DNA of 64,000 nucleotides from Escherichia phage vB_EcoM-Ro121c4YLVW. Numbering within the stretch: the first letter of the stretch is position 1; each line of letters opens with the position of its first letter. The stretch is taken from the sequence record NC_052654.1, one strand, 5' to 3'. Below the pieces are notes generated by a model that was not told the origin of the DNA, made no database searches, and saw only the letters and a program-made list of their open reading frames with translations. The position numbers and the translations under genes are program-made. Below are positions 47,076-56,949 of the stretch, in pieces.

Positions 47076-47810
47076 TTAGGCTCCTGTTGGTTTTAAGGAC
47101 TCGGCACTTGAGTTACCGCTCTGAATGTTACGAACCGTGTGCGTGTGAGTATGGAATCCGATGCCATTACCATCTGTCATCAAACCGTTCTGATCTATTT
47201 TAAGACCATTGATATCTGCCACGCCGCCTTTGAAAGTTAAATTACCACCTTTTAGATCCAAAGTCCCTATGCCATCTGTAATAGTAATACCGGAGGTAGT
47301 AATATCTATTTTCATCCCTTGACTATTCCATATTGAAATATTACCTGTAGGGTCGAAAGAAGCGTACGTGTTTTTGTTATTAGAAATAACTACCTTTTCA
47401 GAATCTACAGCTTCTGTTGAATCTGTTCCTGTAGCTATTTTGGGAATAAAACAAATAGGGTATAATCCACAAGGCTGCATAAAAGTGGATGATGAAGAGG
47501 TTTCTCCACTAGTTTGCAGTGCATTAGAAGGATCTCTTTCAGAAAATATAACAGTTCCTAAATCGCCAGCTTTAATAGGGAATGAGATTCTTCCTGTCCC
47601 ACCCCCATTAACCATAAAAGGAACATCTTCAAAAGTAGGATAATCTATTTCATCTTCACTAGATCGTGTGTTTTTAACAATAGATTCTAAAGTGACAGTT
47701 TTAGCACCATAATTAACGCCAGTCACACGGACTGGCAGGGCTGTATGGACTTCTGCTAATTGTTCTGTCATTAAGCCACGCATTGCTGTGACAAAATTCA
47801 ATGCATCCAT
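47076..47810 (-). CDS. baseplate central spike protein (gpV/gp5-like) with His-rich apex motif
   Basis: C-terminal GIGFHTHTHTV resembles the HxH metal-binding apex of contractile-tail spikes; repetitive beta-strand sequence. Confidence 0.5.
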   Translation of the reverse strand: MDALNFVTAMRGLMTEQLAEVHTALPVRVTGVNYGAKTVTLESIVKNTRSSEDEIDYPTFEDVPFMVNGGGTGRISFPIKAGDLGTVIFSERDPSNALQTSGETSSSSTFMQPCGLYPICFIPKIATGTDSTEAVDSEKVVISNNKNTYASFDPTGNISIWNSQGMKIDITTSGITITDGIGTLDLKGGNLTFKGGVADINGLKIDQNGLMTDGNGIGFHTHTHTVRNIQSGNSSAESLKPTGA

Positions 47811-48820
47811 TATTTCTCCTTAGTCATTATTTCAGACACGGATACACATTCCACTTCAGTAACCCACTCTTTACCTTCTTTATCTCCGTTGTGAGAAACA
47901 GAAACTACTTTAAATGGACCATCATAATCTCGGCTTTTTAACCAGATTGTTTTTTCTGGTAATATTGCACCATTCATTTGGCATTTGAATTTAACACCAT
48001 CTGTAGGTTTCTTTGCCTTCTTAGAGGACTTGGTAACTTTTTTAGTAGGTTTTATATCGTTGTGGAATGGTTCTGGACTTCCTATCAGACCAGTTTCAGG
48101 GCTAATATAGGCGCTACGTGCACTAGACATTTGTGAACGAGGAGTGACATAAACAGATCCATCTTGTATTGACACATTGTGATCAATACTTTTACAAATA
48201 TGTTCTAGGTAATGTGAAGTGTTTCCACACATAGCTGTTGCTGAGGATAAGGTTTGATCATTATCTACGTGTATATTACCTTCTGTAGTTCCTAAATCCT
48301 TTACCAAATCTGTCACAACACGTTTGATTTTAGTTCCTTTTGGATAACTGCGGCTTGTTCTTGCTTCTGCAATGTTAATACCGCCATCCAAACAGTGTAA
48401 AGTGGTTTTCCTGTCTACCGAGTCAAAAGTGTCACTAACCCACTGGATAGTTCCTTTGAAGACCATAACCAACTCTTCACCTTCGTATCCTACCGCTAAA
48501 GCAACAGCCAAGTTATTTCGGATACCACGGTTTATATAGTTAACAGTATCATCCGAAAGGTTATAAACTACAATCTCTGCTTGGTTAGGATCTTTGTTAT
48601 TATCTTTCTTAATACTGAAGGTTATTTGATGGTCTTGCAACAAATACAAATTAGAAGAGGATTTTTCTGTTGTTCCTAACTTGGTATCCAAATCTACTGT
48701 AGATTTAAATGCCGAGTTCTTAGTTCTCTTCTGTATTGTGTTTGTGGCAGAACCAATTAATAATTTGTATGCCCTGTTTAAATTAGGGGCAGGAGCTTTT
48801 GTATACTCTCTTTCTGCCAT
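47810..48820 (-). CDS. baseplate hub / tail protein, putative
   Basis: 336 aa ORF coupled to the spike gene. Confidence 0.45.
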   Translation of the reverse strand: MAEREYTKAPAPNLNRAYKLLIGSATNTIQKRTKNSAFKSTVDLDTKLGTTEKSSSNLYLLQDHQITFSIKKDNNKDPNQAEIVVYNLSDDTVNYINRGIRNNLAVALAVGYEGEELVMVFKGTIQWVSDTFDSVDRKTTLHCLDGGINIAEARTSRSYPKGTKIKRVVTDLVKDLGTTEGNIHVDNDQTLSSATAMCGNTSHYLEHICKSIDHNVSIQDGSVYVTPRSQMSSARSAYISPETGLIGSPEPFHNDIKPTKKVTKSSKKAKKPTDGVKFKCQMNGAILPEKTIWLKSRDYDGPFKVVSVSHNGDKEGKEWVTEVECVSVSEIMTKEK

Positions 48821-48829
48821 ATTATCTCC

Positions 48830-49243
48830 TTACGCCTGATTAGGTTTGTTATCAATATAAACCAATACAAAACGTTTATCTCGACCTGTAGTTGTATACC
48901 CAGGACGACCATTAATCTTAACTGTATCTACTATATACAATTGACCATCTGGCACACTTTCAAGATATTTATAAGGTTTAAGAAGATCTAAACCATTTGT
49001 AACTTTGAAACTTATACTTGGATCATCTCCAGATAATCCTATCTGACATTGCCAAGACTCGTCCCTCGTGTTCCACCTTAAACGAATGTCATAATCAACT
49101 CCATCCAATGTAACTGTATATGTTTGATCAGGGTACTCTTCAGTTTTCAGATACCATGCAAAATAAGTAGAATGGTCCTCCAGATAAACTGCACTGTAGC
49201 CAGTATTACTTGTAGACCTTGTTGTTTTAGAATAAGTTGTCAC
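48830..49243 (-). CDS. tail structural protein, putative
   Basis: ORF in the tail module. Confidence 0.45.
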   Translation of the reverse strand: MTTYSKTTRSTSNTGYSAVYLEDHSTYFAWYLKTEEYPDQTYTVTLDGVDYDIRLRWNTRDESWQCQIGLSGDDPSISFKVTNGLDLLKPYKYLESVPDGQLYIVDTVKINGRPGYTTTGRDKRFVLVYIDNKPNQA

Positions 49244-49245
49244 TA

Positions 49246-49947
49246 TTAACCTCCGTTGTTTGTTGGGGTATTAGTAGCTTCAGCAGTTCTTACTGTAATA
49301 TCTGACTTAGGACCATTAGAAGCGACTTGACCTTTCACATCACCACCAGTTGACTTATTTGGTGCTGTTTTTACAGCAATAGCATTAGTAGTGGCCTTAG
49401 AGACTAGACGAATTTGTTCGAACTCTAAATCAAATTGCATAGCAAATTCAGATTTATAATCATAAGAGTAGCCTTTCAGAATAACATTTTCAAAAGTCCT
49501 GTGTTCTGTCAAAAGAACTATTGGTTGTCTTGACTCAAATATTTGATCTAGATATTCTATTGCTTGAGAAATCCTTGCCCCATTTACACCTGCACTGTAT
49601 AATTGATCTCGCATAAGCCGAATTGGTGTTTCGGTAATTATACCTGAAAGTTTAAATCTGTTGTTTTTTATTTGAACGTGGTCACTTACATCCGATCCTG
49701 ATTCTACTGGAAAACTTGTAACATCTGCCTCACGAGTTACACCTACTTCAGGGACCGAATCGAAAGTAATTGCTTTAAAGTTTTGAATGTATTGATCACT
49801 TGAACTATTATAAACACTTGCTAAAATGCAGAAACCATTATCACCCTTTACAGTAGATGCCGAGGTATTTTTATTCTCGGTAGAGTTGATTTCCTGTTCT
49901 GCCTTATAGACGGCTCTCACCGACTGTTGTGGAGTCATTGCTGCCAT
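49246..49947 (-). CDS. tail structural protein, putative
   Basis: ORF downstream of the tape measure gene; preceded by its own promoter-like site. Confidence 0.45.
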   Translation of the reverse strand: MAAMTPQQSVRAVYKAEQEINSTENKNTSASTVKGDNGFCILASVYNSSSDQYIQNFKAITFDSVPEVGVTREADVTSFPVESGSDVSDHVQIKNNRFKLSGIITETPIRLMRDQLYSAGVNGARISQAIEYLDQIFESRQPIVLLTEHRTFENVILKGYSYDYKSEFAMQFDLEFEQIRLVSKATTNAIAVKTAPNKSTGGDVKGQVASNGPKSDITVRTAEATNTPTNNGG

Positions 49948-49977
49948 GATAACCTCGTAGTAATGATAATGCCAAAA

Positions 49978-49996
49978 GGAAGATGCAAGATCTTCC
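49978..49996 (-). other. 5'-UTR stem-loop (GGAAGAT-loop-ATCTTCC) followed by UUUU
   Basis: Perfect 7-bp inverted repeat between the promoter-like site at 50007-50036 and the start codon at 49947. Confidence 0.4.
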
Positions 49997-50006
49997 CATA
50001 TTGATT

Positions 50007-50036
50007 ATTGTAACACATATAGAAACTTCGTGTCAA
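50007..50036 (-). promoter_or_regulatory. sigma70-like promoter candidate on minus strand (TTGACA, 18 nt, TACAAT)
   Basis: Reverse complement of 50031-50036 is TTGACA; reverse complement of 50007-50012 is TACAAT. Confidence 0.45.
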
Positions 50037-50042
50037 GGGAAA

Positions 50043-50066
50043 CGAAAAAACCCCGCCGAAGCGAGG
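50043..50066 (-). terminator. terminator hairpin after the tape measure gene
   Basis: Minus strand reads CCTCGCTTCGGCGGGG then TTTTTTCG; A/T runs on both sides, so it may act bidirectionally. Confidence 0.55.
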
Positions 50067-50073
50067 TATTTTA

Positions 50074-52062
50074 TTAACCACCAGTGTTAGATTGTCCACT
50101 TAGAGTTGAAAGAGACAAACGTTGGAAAATGCTATTTCCGCTATTTTGAATTCTTGCATCAAGAATATTTCCAAACTCTGAAGAAGGGCTGATCGTAACT
50201 TTGATAAGATCACTTGGTATTGCTACCGTATTCTCAACAACAGGTTGATTACGAGCCAAACTTACGTTAGGTGTATAGGCTGATTCACGTAAATCTTCAA
50301 GAGGATTACCAAATCCAAAAGCACGTGTCCTTGTTTGTTCTCCTCTCCACATACGACCAATGTCTTGTGTATCAATACCTGTTAAATTGTACAACCAATC
50401 TGCTACAGGATTGCTGTCTCCACTTTGCGTTGCCTCGTATGCTTTTTGTGCCATAGATTTATTAGGATCTGTGTTGTCTCCGAATGTATCTGGGAATGTT
50501 TCTTTAAGCCAATTGGTAAAAGATCCGAAACCATCTCCCAACTCTTTAGCAAAACCTCCTAATTGAACTGTTGTCTTACCGAGTTCTTCACCTAAATCTT
50601 TGGCAAACTGATCTAGCACTTTAACGTTATCCAACCAAGAATCATCTTTAGGTAAGGCTTTCACAAAACCCTCTAAGAAGTGGTTCTGCATACCTTGACC
50701 TACAAGCTGAACTGTTGCAGCAAAACGAGTAAACTCTTTAGAAGCATCTATTTGTTCTTGAGTTAATGTTGCACCTGTTCTTTGAAGCATTTTCAATACT
50801 TCATTATACCCTTCGCCGTTTTTACTAAACATACGTTGGTAGTGCATAAGGTCATCACCAAGGTTTTCAAGAAGTCGCCCGATTTGAGCAGAGTTCATAC
50901 CTCGACGCTCACCTTCATTAACAGTAGCCTGAATAAAAGCTAAAGGATCGTTCTGTAAAGGTTTAAGCTGTTCTGGATTCCATCCAAACAAGTTCATAAT
51001 GTCATTTATGCCATTATCACCGCCTTTCCACTTCCCTTCTTTTTCATTCCACTTTGCAGCTAAAACGGTATTACCAAGACGTTCACGAACGTCTTTAATA
51101 TTATCTATTGATTTAATAATATTTGCAGAGTCTACACCGTTCTGTTCACCCCAAGCCGTCATTGCCAAAATAGCGTTGGCGTTTGTCTGAACGTTTTCAG
51201 CACCACGGCTTACAAGTTTAATTCTTTCGTTAGTATTCATCAACGTGTTACCAACTACAGAACCACCTGCAAACAGACCAGCACCTATCAAAGAGGATGC
51301 AATCATACGTGGATTAAGACCTGCTGCACCTTCTTTTAATTGTCCGTATCTACGATCACGATCACGTTTCTGTTGAGCTAATTCACGCTTACGGTTGCGT
51401 TCTATATCTCTAAGTTCACGATTTCGCATACGTATACGCATTTTAGCTTCTGCTTCTAGCTCTCTACGAATACGGCGACGACCGCGAACCTCGTCTTCTA
51501 TTTCAGCATTCTTTTCACGATGAGATCTGCGTAAAGCATCCAACTGGTGAGCAAGAGCTTGGTTCATACGTTGAAGAGTTATTTCACCCTTTTTGTATTG
51601 CTCTACAGCTTTACCCATAACGTCCCTAGCTTCTTGCATAGCGCCAGGACTGGCTTTACTAAATGCTCTTGCTCTGTAGTTAAAGTTCTGCAAACGAAGA
51701 TTACCTAAATCTTCCCTACGTGCTGCTGCTTTAGCTTCGCGTTCAGCAGCTTTACGAGCTTTTTCTTCTTCTCTTCCTTGCGGGGTTTTAGGAGTTCTAG
51801 GTCTACCAGATCCTCCTACAGGAGCACCCGCTCCAGCGGGAGTAGGTGCTCGCATAGGTTTTTGACTTTGAGTTTGAGCTTTCTTAAGTTCACGCTCAAT
51901 CTCTTTCATTTGTTGTCTAAACTTGGTCATGTTCATAGTGGGTTGCATTTTATTTGCAAACTTCTGAACACTCAACACGGCATCTTTTGCTTCCTTGAGA
52001 CTGTTCTTGTCCACCTTAAACGTAACCACGTTACTAATTTTGGAGGCGTTAATTTCTAACAA
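50074..52062 (-). CDS. tail tape measure protein
   Basis: 662 aa, long Arg/Glu/Lys/Ala-rich coiled-coil region, Gly-rich hydrophobic segment (IASSLIGAGLFAGG); downstream of tube and chaperone genes. Confidence 0.8.
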   Translation of the reverse strand: MLEINASKISNVVTFKVDKNSLKEAKDAVLSVQKFANKMQPTMNMTKFRQQMKEIERELKKAQTQSQKPMRAPTPAGAGAPVGGSGRPRTPKTPQGREEEKARKAAEREAKAAARREDLGNLRLQNFNYRARAFSKASPGAMQEARDVMGKAVEQYKKGEITLQRMNQALAHQLDALRRSHREKNAEIEDEVRGRRRIRRELEAEAKMRIRMRNRELRDIERNRKRELAQQKRDRDRRYGQLKEGAAGLNPRMIASSLIGAGLFAGGSVVGNTLMNTNERIKLVSRGAENVQTNANAILAMTAWGEQNGVDSANIIKSIDNIKDVRERLGNTVLAAKWNEKEGKWKGGDNGINDIMNLFGWNPEQLKPLQNDPLAFIQATVNEGERRGMNSAQIGRLLENLGDDLMHYQRMFSKNGEGYNEVLKMLQRTGATLTQEQIDASKEFTRFAATVQLVGQGMQNHFLEGFVKALPKDDSWLDNVKVLDQFAKDLGEELGKTTVQLGGFAKELGDGFGSFTNWLKETFPDTFGDNTDPNKSMAQKAYEATQSGDSNPVADWLYNLTGIDTQDIGRMWRGEQTRTRAFGFGNPLEDLRESAYTPNVSLARNQPVVENTVAIPSDLIKVTISPSSEFGNILDARIQNSGNSIFQRLSLSTLSGQSNTGG

Positions 52063-52082
52063 AGTATGTTCCTCGTGTTGGA

Positions 52083-52442
52083 TTAAACAAGTTTCTTAAA
52101 CAAATCTGACATTTTATTTGTCTGGTTTTGATGTTTTCTCTTTATTGAAGTGTCTTTAACATACATGGCTTCAACATACTCTTCGTATGTTAAATACTCA
52201 TATAGTTTTAAAAGATAATCTACACCGTAGTTATCCAATGTTTTCAGTGTTTCCGAGGTATCTTTAACGACTTTGCAAAGAATAACCTCATACCACTTCA
52301 AAGTAAGGGTTTTCGTTGCTGTGTCGATAGCATGTTCAATCGCAGGTGTTAATTTGCTGCTAAACTCGTCATCGCCTGAAGCTGTGTGAACAGTTTTCCG
52401 AAACCTCGTTTGAAAAAAGGGCCGTAGTTTACCTCCAGAACT
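52083..52442 (-). other. -1 frame extension ORF of the tail assembly chaperone (programmed frameshift product, C-terminal part)
   Basis: The -1 frame is open from 52442 to the stop at 52083 and overlaps the 3' end of the chaperone ORF; slippery heptamer U UUU UUC at 52418..52412 on the minus strand. Confidence 0.6.
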
Positions 52443-52831
52443 TTAGCAGTAAGATCTAACACTAGTTCTGGGTGAGCCATAAATAATTCATCAAAATTTT
52501 CTGCAACGTTATAACCGTCTTGCGTATAAACCTCATCTAAAATTTTACGCAAAAAGACAGTTAAATTCTTTTCTTCCAAACCTGCAAAAAGTTGGATCAG
52601 TGCCATAGCAATACGTGACTCAAGGTCTTCGTCTGCCGACATTGTTGCTGTGCTATACATAGTCATAGGAACAACCAGAACACTACCCAATTCTGGAATC
52701 CTGTCAAACACTTTAGATGGACTCCACTTCATAATACGGAAAGTAACAGATCTGTTTCCATCTAACGGAATCTCAACTACTTCTTCTGGTCGAGCATATT
52801 TTTGAATTGTGTTATCTTGTTCTTGTGACAT
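52349..52831 (-). CDS. tail assembly chaperone (gpG-like), zero-frame product
   Basis: 160 aa acidic protein between tube and tape measure genes; contains the slippery site about 25 codons before its stop. Confidence 0.6.
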   Translation of the reverse strand: MSQEQDNTIQKYARPEEVVEIPLDGNRSVTFRIMKWSPSKVFDRIPELGSVLVVPMTMYSTATMSADEDLESRIAMALIQLFAGLEEKNLTVFLRKILDEVYTQDGYNVAENFDELFMAHPELVLDLTAKVLEVNYGPFFKRGFGKLFTQLQAMTSLAAN

Positions 52832-52845
52832 ATTTTCCTCTCTAA

Positions 52846-52870
52846 TGATAAAAAGGGCATTTCTGCCCTT
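52846..52870 (-). terminator. rho-independent terminator (minus strand) after the tail tube gene
   Basis: GGGCA-TTTC-TGCCC hairpin with a U-tract on the minus strand. Confidence 0.6.
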
Positions 52871-52876
52871 TATTTA

Positions 52877-53356
52877 TTATTGAATTGTCAGAGCAGAGAT
52901 TGAGTTAAGGGTGCTCAAACCTACACCAACTTCATTACGCAGAAGGCTTGCATCTTTAAGACCAATAACCCATTGGTTCTCTGTAATCATTTCGCCAATA
53001 GTATCTTCAGGCTGACTTTGAATCCATCCAATCGTGCTAATGTAATAGCCACGTGGGTCTTCCAAGTAAACACTGAATGCTACTTGACGAGTAGAATACA
53101 TTGTTTGTGCATATGTTGCAAGTACTTCGTTAGCTGGAGATGTGCGTTGCAAAGACATTGTGAGTGTTCCCAAACGGTTACGACTCAAAGCTAGTGAAAC
53201 GTCGCCATCAGTCCCTGAATAAGGGTTGATAATATCGTTAGATTTAGCAATAACGATTTTAGTATCAGCCGCAAAACCCCACGGTTCCCAACCACCTAAT
53301 GAAAGGATAACTTGAGATGGGTCGTAGGCCATTACGCCAGTAAGCATTTTATCCAT
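52877..53356 (-). CDS. tail tube protein, putative
   Basis: 159 aa gene immediately downstream of the sheath gene; strong RBS. Confidence 0.6.
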   Translation of the reverse strand: MDKMLTGVMAYDPSQVILSLGGWEPWGFAADTKIVIAKSNDIINPYSGTDGDVSLALSRNRLGTLTMSLQRTSPANEVLATYAQTMYSTRQVAFSVYLEDPRGYYISTIGWIQSQPEDTIGEMITENQWVIGLKDASLLRNEVGVGLSTLNSISALTIQ

Positions 53357-53381
53357 TATAGATCCTCTTTATTTTGATAAC

Positions 53382-53397
53382 GGGGGCTTAACCCCCG
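53382..53397. other. GC hairpin (GGGGGCTTAACCCCC) between sheath and tube genes
   Basis: Perfect inverted repeat; no clear U-tract in either orientation. Confidence 0.35.
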
Positions 53398-53402
53398 CCG
53401 TA

Positions 53403-54776
53403 TTAGTTTGCAGTACGGTTAGTCAGGACGTTGACCTGAACTTTAACGTAATGGAAGAAGCCAGCGTAAACATATTCAATCTTCATCCCATCAACCAGAC
53501 GAGCATTGATTTGCGCATCAGTCATATCGGCACGAGAAGGAATATAAACAATAGGTTTCAGATCGACACGCAAACCAGTCTCTTCAGAAGTAACAACTTC
53601 ATTAGCGATGGAACCGTTGAGGATACCTACTTGGATCGGGTTAGCCAGAACAGCTTGTCGAATCAAAGCCAGACCGTTTGAAGTAGCACGAACACCACCA
53701 CCCAGCATAGACTGTTGTTTAAACAGTGTAAACAGTGATTCTTCTGTGCGAGCTTTAAACCACAAAGCATGAACAACATAGTCAACAAAGAAACCGCTAA
53801 CCATCAATCCGTCACGATAGAACAGAGTTCCATGCTCTTTACGATAGATGTTACCGTTCTGTTGAACAATATTGTTTTCCGAAGTCTGATCCAGTTTCTC
53901 GATCTCTACACCTACCAGTGTTTTACCGTGAAGAGTAGTCAAACCAGGTTGACGAGAACAGATTGCACCAACAACTGCTGCTTCTGGGAATACAGAATCT
54001 GCATCGGTCATCCACAAAGCAAAGCAAGTGTTATTATAACCGAGGTCATTCAGTCGTTCCAGAACGTTGTCTTCTGCTTTCGTTTTAATTCCAGGTTCAG
54101 AGCTAGAGAAGAAGTAAACTTTATCATTCTCTTCTACCCATGCAGCCAAAGCTAGAACATCTTCTGTTTCATGGGAATCTGAAAGGGTCCAGAACCAGCT
54201 ACTATCAATATCATGCAGAGCAGCAATATCTTCCGTAATAGCATTAGCATAGACAGTTTCTTGAGTGAAACCTGTGCTGTCAATAGAACCAAACTTACCT
54301 TCTACTGGAGTGAAAGTCATTGCAGCGCCGTTGTTAGCTACTGTAAACAGTGGGCCATAAACAAGATCTGCATTGATCATTTCAGTCAGACCAACTACAA
54401 TCTCTTGTGCAGTTGCAGTGTCATCAGCAATGAATTTAAATTCTTTTTTCTTGGTACCATTTTTGATGGTAATTGTGTAAGTTGCACTATCTTCTACGAT
54501 TGGAGTTAGAGTAAAGTTTGTAACTTCACGCTTACCAACCATGACTTGATCTGGTGGGAACAAACCGTTAAACAGTTTGACTGCCATAATATACGCTGGA
54601 TCATTTAATCCATAACCTGCTTCCAAAAGTGCATCGGAAGAAGAGTAATATTGAATCGCTTCGCCAGTTACGTTCTGACCTGTAAGGATCAGAGGAATAT
54701 CGAACTGGGTTTCACGAATTGATGTAGCACCATACAGTAAAGTTACGGTTGCTACCTTTTCACGAAAAGTTGCCAT
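53403..54776 (-). CDS. tail sheath protein
   Basis: 457 aa; position upstream of tube, chaperone and tape measure; optimal-codon bias; sheath call by size and order. Confidence 0.7.
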   Translation of the reverse strand: MATFREKVATVTLLYGATSIRETQFDIPLILTGQNVTGEAIQYYSSSDALLEAGYGLNDPAYIMAVKLFNGLFPPDQVMVGKREVTNFTLTPIVEDSATYTITIKNGTKKKEFKFIADDTATAQEIVVGLTEMINADLVYGPLFTVANNGAAMTFTPVEGKFGSIDSTGFTQETVYANAITEDIAALHDIDSSWFWTLSDSHETEDVLALAAWVEENDKVYFFSSSEPGIKTKAEDNVLERLNDLGYNNTCFALWMTDADSVFPEAAVVGAICSRQPGLTTLHGKTLVGVEIEKLDQTSENNIVQQNGNIYRKEHGTLFYRDGLMVSGFFVDYVVHALWFKARTEESLFTLFKQQSMLGGGVRATSNGLALIRQAVLANPIQVGILNGSIANEVVTSEETGLRVDLKPIVYIPSRADMTDAQINARLVDGMKIEYVYAGFFHYVKVQVNVLTNRTAN

Positions 54777-54810
54777 TTATGCTCCTGTTAGAAACTTAAT
54801 TCCAATGAGT

Positions 54811-55470
54811 TTATTCGGTAGGGTTGTTAAATAATGATCCATTTTGATTAACTGACGAGTATTCGCCTGGAACCAAAGTAATTGCATAAACCCTGTTTAG
54901 AATTAAATCTAAAGGGATAGGATCATTGTAACTATCTCTGAATGAACGGATGTGCATGTTGATTGCTTCTATTGGTGTAGTAGCAATATCTTCAATACTC
55001 ATACGAGTGTTGAACGTCATAACCATACGCGCTCTTAATTCAGTCTTATCTCCGTCTACAATCGTATTGGCTTGAGCTATATTAGAGGCTCCTAAAAAAC
55101 CAAGACCTTTAGAATAGAGATGTTTGTATTTTAATTCCTCTGCACCACGGAGAGCAGCCAGAACATAGCTCATCAAAGTGGTAGGTCTTCCACGATAGGC
55201 TACAAGTTCAATCTCGTAGGTATTATCCATCTCGTAGGAATACATATCATTTTGAATAGAGCTTCGGTAAGACCAACCTCCAGAATCGCTGGAAGTGATA
55301 ATACGTAGTGCTAGGTAAGGAGTATCCGGTTTAATGAATGGCTTATCCATAACATAGACTGGCAACCCCACTAATTCTTGAAGGAAGCCACCTATATTTA
55401 AGTAGATGGCATTTTCGTATGCTTCTATTTGTTGGTAAATATTAGCCAAAGTTTCCTCCTTCTGTTCCAT
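54811..55470 (-). CDS. head-tail joining / tail completion protein, putative
   Basis: ATG with AGGAGGAA RBS; sits between capsid and sheath genes. Confidence 0.45.
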   Translation of the reverse strand: MEQKEETLANIYQQIEAYENAIYLNIGGFLQELVGLPVYVMDKPFIKPDTPYLALRIITSSDSGGWSYRSSIQNDMYSYEMDNTYEIELVAYRGRPTTLMSYVLAALRGAEELKYKHLYSKGLGFLGASNIAQANTIVDGDKTELRARMVMTFNTRMSIEDIATTPIEAINMHIRSFRDSYNDPIPLDLILNRVYAITLVPGEYSSVNQNGSLFNNPTE

Positions 55471-55891
55471 AAGACCAGGAGTTGTTTTGATCGTCTAATA
55501 TTGCAACACAGTGATGATGGACTAAGAAAGATGTTCTGGTCCAATCTTTAAGGGAATAAACAGAATACCATTTACCATCTATCAATATCTGATCTGATAA
55601 CTGTTCTGTTCCTTGTTGTAACCCCTTCATTTCTGTTTTAGTCCAGAAACTATATTGAGCCTTAGATCTGTAACCTTCAGGTAGTGCATTCAGTGTTTTA
55701 CCAGATATCGGTTGTAAGCTTGCCGCTTCAATAGTAAATGGTTCATATTCTACACTACTGTCTAAGTTAGCAATAACTGAATCAACTGCCTCTTTGTAGA
55801 TTCGTCTACGACCTTGGTATTCAGTTAGATCAAGGAGAGTAAATTGATCTAGTAACACTTGTATCTCCTTTTTAGTATACATCAAAAACAA
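55442..55891 (-). CDS. head-tail connector protein, putative
   Basis: ORF in the neck module. Confidence 0.45.
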   Translation of the reverse strand: MFLMYTKKEIQVLLDQFTLLDLTEYQGRRRIYKEAVDSVIANLDSSVEYEPFTIEAASLQPISGKTLNALPEGYRSKAQYSFWTKTEMKGLQQGTEQLSDQILIDGKWYSVYSLKDWTRTSFLVHHHCVAILDDQNNSWSYGTEGGNFG

Positions 55892-55903
55892 AGTTTATGC
55901 AAG

Positions 55904-56392
55904 TTATTTTTTAGACTTGCTTTTTGTGATTTTTGTTTCGATTGCATTTATCATGTGTGCCGTATCTATTAAGATATGATTAGAATAGTTGCCTTTATCT
56001 TGTCGTATCTTAATTGTCACAGGAGATAAAGGACGATAACGTTGCATTGCAATCGCTTGAGCTATTCCTTCTCTAGAGGCTCTCGCTATAGGCTCAAAAA
56101 CAGCTAACCCGACATTATTCATTAAGTAATTTGCAAACACCTGCTTCATCTTTTTAGCGATATTGTTCTGTGAGATAACAGCGCCATCTGTTATAAAAGG
56201 GCGAGCAGGTATGTTATTTGTTTCATTACCATATTGTTGAATAGCTGCTATTGCAGGAATAGTGAGATCTGATTCAGGATGCCTTTTGTTTGTTAAAAAA
56301 CCAGCTTCGATTTGAACTTGTTCAAGGTCCATCATCTTTTTGATAATGGTTTCCCAATCCGTATCATCACCTGGTAAGATCTCACTTTCCAT
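55904..56392 (-). CDS. head-tail connector protein, putative
   Basis: ORF in the neck module. Confidence 0.45.
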   Translation of the reverse strand: MESEILPGDDTDWETIIKKMMDLEQVQIEAGFLTNKRHPESDLTIPAIAAIQQYGNETNNIPARPFITDGAVISQNNIAKKMKQVFANYLMNNVGLAVFEPIARASREGIAQAIAMQRYRPLSPVTIKIRQDKGNYSNHILIDTAHMINAIETKITKSKSKK

Positions 56393-56940
56393 TATTTGTC
56401 CCTACGATAAAAAGAAACAGGTCCATAATTTCGCAAATAATTAACGTTGCGTGTATTACGATCAACACTTGCAACATTACCAAGACCATTTACAGAGTTA
56501 GGATCACTGTTTACTCGATCAATCTCACGAGCATCAACACCACCAATAAGAACTTTACTGGTTGCTCCTCGTCCTGCCGTGCACCCAGGAATGACCATAA
56601 GACCATTTAAATAGTTATGATAGATATCTTCCCACGGAGATTTATAAGTGACTTGACCGTTGTTAAATTTAACTTCAACTTCGACTTCACCCATCTTTTC
56701 TCTGCGGGACATAGCTCCTCCTGTTTGAGTACTGTTGTTAAGAACATCGTTGTTCCATAAATACTCTAAAACAGAAATCAAGCTGTTCCACAATACTGCA
56801 CACTTATCCTTATCTTCATTCCCTATAATATCAATCCAAGTTTGGATGATCTGAATCAGCATCGCATCTGGCAATACTTCTTGAGAAGGGTTATAAACAA
56901 GAATTCGGATCAGTGGTGCCAACTCTACCGCATTCAGCAT
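56392..56940 (-). CDS. head-tail connector / head completion protein, putative
   Basis: ORF in the neck module, coupled to the downstream gene. Confidence 0.45.
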   Translation of the reverse strand: MLNAVELAPLIRILVYNPSQEVLPDAMLIQIIQTWIDIIGNEDKDKCAVLWNSLISVLEYLWNNDVLNNSTQTGGAMSRREKMGEVEVEVKFNNGQVTYKSPWEDIYHNYLNGLMVIPGCTAGRGATSKVLIGGVDAREIDRVNSDPNSVNGLGNVASVDRNTRNVNYLRNYGPVSFYRRDK

Positions 56941-56949
56941 AAGCCCACC

